A DNA stretch of 64,000 nucleotides from Gammaproteobacteria bacterium (GTDB lineage: Bacteria; Pseudomonadota; Gammaproteobacteria; Legionellales; Legionellaceae). The stretch spans positions 198,232-262,231 of the forward strand of contig JANSXK010000002.1 in assembly GCA_024742995.1 (NCBI GenBank), read 5' to 3'. Shown here in pieces: positions 51,969 through 60,353 of the stretch. The position numbers and the translations under genes were made by a program. Position 1 is the stretch's first letter; every line of letters starts with the position of its first letter. Under the pieces are notes generated by a model. It did no database searches and was not told the origin of the DNA. It saw only the letters and a list, made by a program, of their open reading frames with translations.

Positions 51969-54900
51969 ATGACAGATTCACGGACAGAAAAAGAGAAGTT
52001 AAGTCAACGATATGCCAAATTATCTTCTGAGCAAAGGCAAGCATTACAGGCGCGTCTATCTGGAGACAAACCTGCTTCTCATTCCATTCAAATATTGCCA
52101 CGGACTTATCCGTTGCCTGCGTCATTTTTTCAGGAAAGCTTGTGGTTACAGCAAGAATTTGAAGCGAATACAGTCGCTTATAATTTACCCGTTGCTTTCA
52201 GATTGGTCGGCTCTCTGAATACTGAGGCTCTTGATTGGGCCATTAATCAAATTATCAATCGTCATGAAATACTTAGGACGACGTTTTCACTAATAGATGG
52301 CCATTTGATTCAAATCATTGCGCCTGAATTGGAGTTAGGTGTAGCACGTATTGATTTGTCTTCGTGCGTGCTTGAAGATCGTCATCATCAGGTCGAACAC
52401 ATTATCAGAGAAGAAGCGCAAAATGTATTTGATCTAGAAAAAGGTCCACTCTTGCGTACAACGTTAATTCGGTTGACAAAAACAGAGCATATTGTTTCGT
52501 TATGTATGCACCATATTATTTCTGATGGCGTTTCAAAAGATATTTTGGCGACTGAATTAGTAAGGTTTTATACAGCTTTTTTTCAAAGAAAATCTGAGCC
52601 TTGTGAACCGCTCCCTCTGCAGTATGCCGATTTCGCCCTTTGGCAAAGACATCAATTCGCAGAAGGTAGATTGCGACCACAATTAGAGTATTGGTTGAAA
52701 CAGCTTTCTCATTTACCTGCAAGTTTAAGCTTGCCTGTAGATAAACCTTATCTTCCAGAGCGCCAAGTAGAAGGGGAACGGGTATTTTTTTCATTTGATA
52801 AAGACCTGTATGCAAAAGTAAAAATGTTTTGTCAGCAGGAAGGCGTTACTTTATTTATGTTTCTAATTGCTGTGTTCAAAGTGTTGTTATTTCGTTATTC
52901 AGGACAAGAAGATATTGTTATTGGTACGCCTGTCTCAAATCGAAAATTCAAAGAATTGGAAAAATTAATTGGGTTTTTTACCAATACGTTGGTACTTCGT
53001 TCTTGGCCTCAAGGGGATATGCCGTTTCACGCATTCCTTCAAGCATTAAAGCAAACAGCATTAGATGCTTATCGTCATCAGGATTTGCCGTACGAAAAAC
53101 TAGTGTCAGCATTACAGCCGGAGCGTTTTGCAAATCAATCAGCTATCTTTCAATCAATGTTTATTTTTCAGAAAGAAGCACAAGAACATATTAATATACA
53201 AGACCTATCAGTGAGTCATTTTTTTGCTGAAGATAATGGTGCTAAATTTGATCTGTCCCTAGTTGCGGTTGAAAACACTGATACCATAGAGTGTTATATT
53301 GAATATGCAACGGATTTATTTTTTGAAAAAACGATAGAAAGCATGGGCAATCATTTTATCCAACTTGTACAAAATGCAATTCAGAATCCTCAGTGTCCGT
53401 TACAAAGCATTGTTTTGTTAACCGACGATGAAAAAAAACAAATAATAAAAAACGCTGCAGGACCTAAAGTATCTCATGATCTTGTGAAAGGTATTCATCA
53501 ATTATTTGAGGAGCAAGCTATCAAGACACCTGCTGAAATAGCGATAGTTTGTGGTTCTTCAAGTTTGAGTTTTGGAGCGTTAAATGCCAAAGCCAACCAA
53601 CTAGCATATTATTTGAAAGATCAAGGTGCGACGAGCGAAACATTAATTGGTATTTGTGTTGGGCGTTCGTTAGAAATGATGATTGGTTTGCTTGCGGTGT
53701 TAAAGTCAGGTGCTGCTTATGTACCACTTGATCCTAGTTATCCCAAAGCACGTTTAGCGCATATTTTGCATGATTCAAAACTTAATATGCTCCTGACGGA
53801 AGAAAGATTTTGTCCTCAATTTGATGTTCTAAATGAAGCCACGCAACCCCGTGTCTGTATGGATCTAAAAACATTATTGCCTGATTTGATCAACTATAGC
53901 ACAGATAATTTAAACTTACCTATTGCCGATAATCAGCTTGCGTATGTGATTTACACATCAGGATCTACAGGCAAACCTAAGGGTGTGATGGTAGAACATC
54001 GGCATGTCGAAAACTTCATGTTAGGTATGGATAATAGTCTCGGACCAAACGTTGGCACTTGGTTGGCTGCTACCAGCATATCATTTGATATTTCAGTGTT
54101 GGAATTATTTTGGACATTGTCTCGTGGATTTAAGGTTGTTCTGACGGAATCTGAAACAAATGCCACTTCAATGGCGCAACAAAAGGATAAGACTACCATT
54201 GATTTCAGTTTGTTTTATTTTTCTAGTGTAGATGAGCAATACCAAGATAAATATCAATTATTAATTGATGGTGCAAAGTTTGCTGATAATCATGGATTTA
54301 AAGCTATATGGACACCCGAAAGACACTTTCAAAAATTTGGTGGGTTGTTTCCTAATCCTTCAGTCATTTCTGCAGCACTTGCTATGGTGACAAAGAACAT
54401 TCAGCTTCGTGCTGGTAGTTGTGTCATGCCACTACACCATCCTAGTAGAGTGGCTGAAGAATGGGCCGTTGTTGATAATCTTTCACAAGGACGTGTGGGT
54501 ATTTCATTTGCGTCAGGTTGGCAACCCAATGATTTTATTTTTGCGCCTCAGCACTACGAAGCAAGACAATCCATTTTGATAGAACATATTGAAAAAGTTA
54601 GGGCATTATGGCGAGGTGAATCATTAAAGTTTAAAGGTGTTGATGAACGTAGTGTTGATATTCAAATTTATCCAAGACCTGTTCAATCCGAATTGCCATT
54701 TTGGTTAACAAGTTCAGGAAATCCGGAAACGTTTCGCAAATCAGGAGAGATAGGCGCAAATTTGTTGACCCATCTATTGGGGCAGTCGGTTGACGAATTG
54801 GCTGAAAAGATACAAATTTATCGTTCAGAATTTCAAAAACATCATGGTCATGTAAATAAAGGAACCGTGACATTGATGATTCATACTTTTGTATCCAAAG

Positions 54901-57557
54901 ATGAGGATTATGTATTACGTCAAGTCAAAGAGCCGCTGAAGAATTATTTGAAAGATGCTATTGGATTATTAAAACCTTTTGCTGAAGCGAGCGGTAAAGA
55001 TATCAAAAACATTTCAAAAGATGATTTGGATGCTGTTCTTGAGCATGCTTTTTCACGTTATTATCAAACCAATGGTTTGTTCGGCACGCCTGAAAGTTGT
55101 ATGAAAATGATTGATCAACTGCAAGCAATTGGTGTTGATGAGATCGCGTGCTTGGTTGATTTTGGTATATCTGATGAAATCGTGCTTAAAAACTTGAGCT
55201 ACCTTAATGAATTAAAAGAGAAAATGAAGCCCAAAGCTGCAAGTATGCCTGAAGAAATTGCGACACTGATGCGTCAGCATCATGTGACACACTTTCAATG
55301 TACACCAATGGTGGCTCATTTGCTTTCTGGGAATGCTGATGTAAAACATCAATTACAATCTTTAACCCACATGCTTGTTGGAGGGGATGATTTCCCGTTA
55401 TCTTTGGCCAATGCGCTAACCAAACTGATTAAGGGTGATGTTTATAATATGTACGGGCCTACAGAAACAACCGTGTGGTCAACAGTAAAAAAATTATCTA
55501 AGATCACTGACGCTGTTTCCATCGGTAAGCCCATTTCCAACACACAAGCGTATATTCTAGATGCAAACATGCAATTATTACCTAGAGGAATCTTGGGGGG
55601 GCTTTATATTGGTGGTGCTTCAGTAGCGCGCGGATATCTTAATCAGGCTGAATTGACGAGCCAGAGATTTGTTGAAACTGAGGTTGAAGAAGGTTGTGTT
55701 GAACGTCTTTATAGTACAGGCGATCTTGCGAAATATTTACCTGATGGCACCCTGAAATATATGGGCAGAAATGACAATCAAGTAAAAATCCGTGGATTTA
55801 GAATTGAATTGGGTGAAATTGAAAGTATTGCCATACAGCACCCTTCTGTATTAGAAGCTGTTGCTGTTGTACATGAAGATGAGCAATTTATTAAAACAAT
55901 TGTTTTGTATTATACATTGGTTCATAGCAATGCCTTGCCTAATGCGAGAAGTGCGGCGGAAAGCATCAAGCAATTTTTGGGACAATCCTTGCCGTCTTAT
56001 ATGATTCCCGTACATGTGTTCAATATAGCGGCTTTACCTTTAACGTCTAATGGAAAAATTGATCGCTGCTCCTTAGTTTCACAGGAGATGCCTCTGGATG
56101 CTACGATCGATCAGCATGCTCATGTGTTACCTCGGTGCCATGAAGAGATTATTTTAGCAAGTATTTGGCGTAGAATACTTAAAATCAAGCAAATAAGTAT
56201 CCATGATAATTTTTTTAATCTGGGTGGAAATTCTATCTTAGCTATTGAGATGTTATCTTTAGCAAGAGAAGCAAACATTCATTTATCACCAAGACATATT
56301 TTTCAATATCCTACCATTGCAGAATTGATTACACAGCGAGAGATTGATGTTGCAAGGTTGAAAAATGTCACATTACTATTACCTGATGCGCAAATTGAAA
56401 ATCTATCACCAAACTTTCCTTTTAAAGCAAAACCAGTTCAAAATATATTTTTAACGGGTAGTACAGGATTTTTGGGAAGGTTTATATTACATGACTTGTT
56501 AAAAACCAATTCAAAATTGAAATTGTATTGTTTAATCAGAGCTACTGATGAACAACATGCCCTGTCTCGGCTTAAACAAAATCTAGAACGGTATGGTCTT
56601 TGGAATGAGCAGTATTTAGAACGAGTTGTTTTTATATTGGGCGATATTTCTCGAGAGCGATTTGGATTAGAGATTCAACAATATGAAGACCTGTGTTGTG
56701 ACATAGACACTATTGTGCATTGTGCAGCAATGGTAAATTTGGTGCAAACTTATGAGCAATTAAAACCGACTAATATTGAGGGTGTGCAGCATATATTAAA
56801 ATTTTCATGTTGCGGTGCATTGAAACCAGTTCACTATATTTCGACATTAAAAGTTTTTTCTAAGGTTACAGATGAAAAAATAAAATATGAAGATGCTGAT
56901 TTGATGCATGAGACAGTTTTAGAAGGGGGGTATGCTCAAACCAAATGGGTAGCAGATCAAATGATGTTGCAAGCCCGAGAGAAAGGATTACCTATTAACA
57001 TTTACCGACCGGGTAGCGTTAGCGGCAGCAGTCAGACAGGGGCTTGGAATACGCAGGGTTTTGCCTGTCGTATGCTGAAAGGATGTATACAATTGGGTGT
57101 GGTGCCAAAAACTCAAGTAACAACTGATTTCACGCCAGTAGATTATGTCAGCAGCGCTGTAGTCCATATTCTACTAGACGAAGTGAATTTAGGACAAACC
57201 TTTCACTTAAGACATTCTTCGCTAATCTCGATTAGAGATATGGTGCAACGTGCTCGCGAAATGGGATACGTTTTACAAGAACTTTCTTATGCAGAATGGT
57301 ACCAAAGGTTGATTCATTCGCTACAAGATGAGGAGAATGAATTACATACACTCATTGGCGTGTTTGATTCTGATCCAGAATTTGATCCTTGGCGAGGCGA
57401 GCAGTTCGAAGTGAATGATGATAATACCCATCGTGCGCTTGTTCATACAAAGATGACTCGCAGTTATGAGCAGAATCAATTGTTAAGCGTTTATTTTAAT
57501 TACTTGATGGCAGGAAGTTTTTTACCGATGCCTGCAAAAGAAACTGCTGCAGTATAA
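51969..57557 (+). CDS. Terminal NRPS C-A(Gly)-T-R, with the A domain interrupted by a luciferase-like monooxygenase domain
   Basis: The C domain has MHHIISDGVS. The A domain has VIYTSGSTGKPKG and SFDISVLE, then a ~340-aa insert, then TPMVA.., NMYGPTETTVW, YSTGDLAKY and NGKIDR. The T domain has FFNLGGNSILA. The R domain has LTGSTGFLGRF and YAQTK. Confidence 0.95.
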   Translation: MTDSRTEKEKLSQRYAKLSSEQRQALQARLSGDKPASHSIQILPRTYPLPASFFQESLWLQQEFEANTVAYNLPVAFRLVGSLNTEALDWAINQIINRHEILRTTFSLIDGHLIQIIAPELELGVARIDLSSCVLEDRHHQVEHIIREEAQNVFDLEKGPLLRTTLIRLTKTEHIVSLCMHHIISDGVSKDILATELVRFYTAFFQRKSEPCEPLPLQYADFALWQRHQFAEGRLRPQLEYWLKQLSHLPASLSLPVDKPYLPERQVEGERVFFSFDKDLYAKVKMFCQQEGVTLFMFLIAVFKVLLFRYSGQEDIVIGTPVSNRKFKELEKLIGFFTNTLVLRSWPQGDMPFHAFLQALKQTALDAYRHQDLPYEKLVSALQPERFANQSAIFQSMFIFQKEAQEHINIQDLSVSHFFAEDNGAKFDLSLVAVENTDTIECYIEYATDLFFEKTIESMGNHFIQLVQNAIQNPQCPLQSIVLLTDDEKKQIIKNAAGPKVSHDLVKGIHQLFEEQAIKTPAEIAIVCGSSSLSFGALNAKANQLAYYLKDQGATSETLIGICVGRSLEMMIGLLAVLKSGAAYVPLDPSYPKARLAHILHDSKLNMLLTEERFCPQFDVLNEATQPRVCMDLKTLLPDLINYSTDNLNLPIADNQLAYVIYTSGSTGKPKGVMVEHRHVENFMLGMDNSLGPNVGTWLAATSISFDISVLELFWTLSRGFKVVLTESETNATSMAQQKDKTTIDFSLFYFSSVDEQYQDKYQLLIDGAKFADNHGFKAIWTPERHFQKFGGLFPNPSVISAALAMVTKNIQLRAGSCVMPLHHPSRVAEEWAVVDNLSQGRVGISFASGWQPNDFIFAPQHYEARQSILIEHIEKVRALWRGESLKFKGVDERSVDIQIYPRPVQSELPFWLTSSGNPETFRKSGEIGANLLTHLLGQSVDELAEKIQIYRSEFQKHHGHVNKGTVTLMIHTFVSKDEDYVLRQVKEPLKNYLKDAIGLLKPFAEASGKDIKNISKDDLDAVLEHAFSRYYQTNGLFGTPESCMKMIDQLQAIGVDEIACLVDFGISDEIVLKNLSYLNELKEKMKPKAASMPEEIATLMRQHHVTHFQCTPMVAHLLSGNADVKHQLQSLTHMLVGGDDFPLSLANALTKLIKGDVYNMYGPTETTVWSTVKKLSKITDAVSIGKPISNTQAYILDANMQLLPRGILGGLYIGGASVARGYLNQAELTSQRFVETEVEEGCVERLYSTGDLAKYLPDGTLKYMGRNDNQVKIRGFRIELGEIESIAIQHPSVLEAVAVVHEDEQFIKTIVLYYTLVHSNALPNARSAAESIKQFLGQSLPSYMIPVHVFNIAALPLTSNGKIDRCSLVSQEMPLDATIDQHAHVLPRCHEEIILASIWRRILKIKQISIHDNFFNLGGNSILAIEMLSLAREANIHLSPRHIFQYPTIAELITQREIDVARLKNVTLLLPDAQIENLSPNFPFKAKPVQNIFLTGSTGFLGRFILHDLLKTNSKLKLYCLIRATDEQHALSRLKQNLERYGLWNEQYLERVVFILGDISRERFGLEIQQYEDLCCDIDTIVHCAAMVNLVQTYEQLKPTNIEGVQHILKFSCCGALKPVHYISTLKVFSKVTDEKIKYEDADLMHETVLEGGYAQTKWVADQMMLQAREKGLPINIYRPGSVSGSSQTGAWNTQGFACRMLKGCIQLGVVPKTQVTTDFTPVDYVSSAVVHILLDEVNLGQTFHLRHSSLISIRDMVQRAREMGYVLQELSYAEWYQRLIHSLQDEENELHTLIGVFDSDPEFDPWRGEQFEVNDDNTHRALVHTKMTRSYEQNQLLSVYFNYLMAGSFLPMPAKETAAV
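54195..55223 (+). other. Luciferase-like (FMN-dependent) monooxygenase domain inserted in the A domain
   Basis: IDFSLFYFSS...YQLLIDGAKFADNHGFKAIWTPERHF.KFGGLFPNPSV..AALA..T..I.LRAGS.V.PLHHP.RVAEEWAVVDNLS.GRVGISFASGW is the classic LLM-fold N-terminal signature. Boundaries are approximate and were derived by counting residues 743-1085. Confidence 0.8.
56436..57554 (+). other. Thioester reductase (R) domain
   Basis: The SDR Rossmann motif is TGSTGFLG, the catalytic YAQTK (YxxxK) is present, and length and position after the T domain fit. Boundaries are approximate. Confidence 0.8.
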
Positions 57558-57570
57558 TAGGATTAGAACT

Positions 57571-59445
57571 ATGTGTGGAATTACGGGTGTATTTGATACA
57601 AAAGGGTTTCATAGGGTTGAACGGCAGATCATATCAAAAATGTCGCAAAAGTTATTGCATCGTGGGCCAGATGAAAATATGGTGTTTTGTAAAGACGATA
57701 TAGGTTTTGGTTTCGAGCGGCTGAGTATTATTGATATTGAGCATGGTATGCAACCTATGTTTAATGAGAATAAAACCATTATGAGTGTTTGTAATGGTGA
57801 AATATATAACTATCAAGAACTACGTGCCGAGCTGATTTTAAAAGGTCATAAATTCTTAACTCATTCGGATGTGGAGGTGTTGACGCATCTTTATGAGGAA
57901 TATGGCAGTGATTTTATAAATAAACTAAATGGACAATTTGCTTTCGTTATTTATGACATTACAAAAAAGCGCTTGATTGCTGCTCGGGATCATTTTGGTA
58001 TCGTCCCTTTTTTTTACTGTTTTTTTGATGGTTTATTTATTTTTGGCTCTGAGATCAAGGCTATTTTGGAGCATCCGAGTGTCATTAAAAAAGTGAACTT
58101 GTTTGGACTTGATCAAGTTTTCACTTTTCCTGGATTGATCAGTCCCACAACAATGTTTCAGGATATTCATAGTCTCCCAAGCGGGCATTTTATGGAGGTT
58201 TCCTGTCGTAATAATGATCCTATTATTGTCGAGTATTGGGATTTAATGTATCCAAAGTTAGGTGAGATTTCCTATCGTTCGGATGAAAATTATTATTTAG
58301 AACACTTAAGTGATTTGTTAACAAAATCCATTAAATATCGATTGCAATCGGATGTTCCTGTGGGGTTTTATGTGAGTGGTGGTTTGGATTCTTCTATTGT
58401 ATTGTCTTTGGCCAAGAGGTTGAACTATGAGGAAGCACAAAAAACATTTTCCATCACTTTTCCACATAGTGCAGAGATTTCTGAAACGAAGTACCAACAA
58501 GCAATGGTTGACCATTGTGCATCTCAGCATCATGCGTATGCATTTAAGCCGGAGGATATTTCTAATCGAATTGAGAAAGTGATTTACCATACAGAGTGCC
58601 CTTTGAAAGAGAGTTATAATACAGCAGCGCTTGCACTATCTGAAAGTGTGAAAAACGCGAATATTAAAGTTGTGTTGGCTGGTCAAGGGGCGGATGAATT
58701 GTTTGCAGGGTACAATGGTTATAAATTTGATCATTACCTTGCCAATGGCCTGATTGAGGGAGAGCAGGATGAAAAAGATTTAAAACTGAATCATACGTTG
58801 TGGGGTGATAGAAACTTTTACTATGAAAACCGTCTGCATCATTTTGGTGTGGCCAAGTTCAAATTATACTCTGAGCATATTAATGCCAATCGCACAAAAG
58901 CAGATAGTCTCAATCAGTTTGTCATTAACAAAGATAGATTAACCGATATTGATCCTATTCATAGACGCTCATACATTGATTTGAAGCTTCGCTTATCAGA
59001 TCACTTGTTAGGTGATCATGGTGATAGGATGGTATTGGCTAATTCAGTAGAAGGTCGTTACCCTTTTTTGGATAAAGATTTTGTGGCATTTGTTACAACA
59101 ATCCCGCCATCGCTTAAGCTTAAAGAACTTAATGAGAAATATATTTTAAAAAAAATGGCAGCAGGACTGTTACCCAAAGACATCATCAATCGAGAAAAAT
59201 TTGGTTTCACTGCGCCGGGCAGCCCTTATTTATTAAGGCAAAATGATGAGTATGTTCATGAGATGTTATCGATAGACAACATTAAAAAACAAGGGTATTT
59301 TGATCCCACTGAAATTGCTGCACTTAAAAAGAAATATATGCATCCAAATTTTAAAATTAATGCGCCTTTTGAAAGTGATTTGCTTATGACTGTGTTAACA
59401 TTCAATATTTTTTTAGACAAATTTAAGATGCCTAATTATGTTTAG
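57571..59445 (+). CDS. Asparagine synthetase B-type glutamine amidotransferase (624 aa)
   Basis: MCGITGVFD nucleophile, PP-loop SGGLDSS, and a long C-terminal synthetase domain. Confidence 0.9.
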   Translation: MCGITGVFDTKGFHRVERQIISKMSQKLLHRGPDENMVFCKDDIGFGFERLSIIDIEHGMQPMFNENKTIMSVCNGEIYNYQELRAELILKGHKFLTHSDVEVLTHLYEEYGSDFINKLNGQFAFVIYDITKKRLIAARDHFGIVPFFYCFFDGLFIFGSEIKAILEHPSVIKKVNLFGLDQVFTFPGLISPTTMFQDIHSLPSGHFMEVSCRNNDPIIVEYWDLMYPKLGEISYRSDENYYLEHLSDLLTKSIKYRLQSDVPVGFYVSGGLDSSIVLSLAKRLNYEEAQKTFSITFPHSAEISETKYQQAMVDHCASQHHAYAFKPEDISNRIEKVIYHTECPLKESYNTAALALSESVKNANIKVVLAGQGADELFAGYNGYKFDHYLANGLIEGEQDEKDLKLNHTLWGDRNFYYENRLHHFGVAKFKLYSEHINANRTKADSLNQFVINKDRLTDIDPIHRRSYIDLKLRLSDHLLGDHGDRMVLANSVEGRYPFLDKDFVAFVTTIPPSLKLKELNEKYILKKMAAGLLPKDIINREKFGFTAPGSPYLLRQNDEYVHEMLSIDNIKKQGYFDPTEIAALKKKYMHPNFKINAPFESDLLMTVLTFNIFLDKFKMPNYV

Positions 59446-59471
59446 TTTTTAACAAAAATGGATTTTTTTCT

Positions 59472-60260
59472 ATGCCTCAACCATTAGACAACAGTTGGAC
59501 ACATTTTATTTCTCAAAACCCCAATGCAAAACTAAGGTTATTTTGTTTTCATTATTCTGGGGGTAATGCAAATATTTTTAACACATGGGCACAATTTATT
59601 CCCAATGAAATTGAGCTGTGTGCGATTCAATTGCCTGGGAGAATGGACTTAATGCATTTGAATCCTTTTCAGCAGTTTGATGAGGTTATTCAACCACTTT
59701 GTGAACAATTATTACCTTATTTAAGAGACAAGCCATTTGTTTTTTTTGGACATAGCTTGGGCGCTCTGCTGGGCTATAGTTTGTCACACTACTTGTTGGA
59801 AAACCATCATATTACGCCTCGTGGATTGATGATTGCAGCGTGTGCAAGTCCGAGTGTTAGGAAGAGTGGAGAGCCAATCCATCTCTTACCAGAAAATGCA
59901 TTTATAGAAAAATTAAGCTCATATCATAGTGAGGATAATAGTGAGGTACGTCAACTATTTGAAAATAGAGAATTTATGCAGTTGATGCTGCCTATTTTAA
60001 GGGCAGATTTTGCTCTTTCGGCAACTTACAAATATGTAAAAAAACAGCCATTTGATTTTCCAATATTTGCTTATGGTGGAGATAAAGATCCCCAGGTTTC
60101 TCCCGATGAAATTACAGCGTGGCATATTGAAACCACTAATACGTTTGAATACTCTATGTTTGACGGAGACCACTTTTTTACCAAAAAACAACAAGAGACA
60201 TTTCTTAAGACACTGATCAGCCATTTACAAGAGGGCATGGTTGGCTTGGGCCTGGTTTAG
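59472..60260 (+). CDS. Type II (editing) thioesterase
   Basis: 262 aa. It has FCFHYSGGNANIF, the nucleophile elbow GHSLGA and the C-terminal GDHFF motif. Confidence 0.9.
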   Translation: MPQPLDNSWTHFISQNPNAKLRLFCFHYSGGNANIFNTWAQFIPNEIELCAIQLPGRMDLMHLNPFQQFDEVIQPLCEQLLPYLRDKPFVFFGHSLGALLGYSLSHYLLENHHITPRGLMIAACASPSVRKSGEPIHLLPENAFIEKLSSYHSEDNSEVRQLFENREFMQLMLPILRADFALSATYKYVKKQPFDFPIFAYGGDKDPQVSPDEITAWHIETTNTFEYSMFDGDHFFTKKQQETFLKTLISHLQEGMVGLGLV

Positions 60261-60353
60261 CATGCTTGCAATTTATTGAAGGTATGTCAGCTGTAGGCGT
60301 GTCTCCTTTCCTCACTCAAGACATATAACTATTAATCTGTTGTAGGCTGTGCT

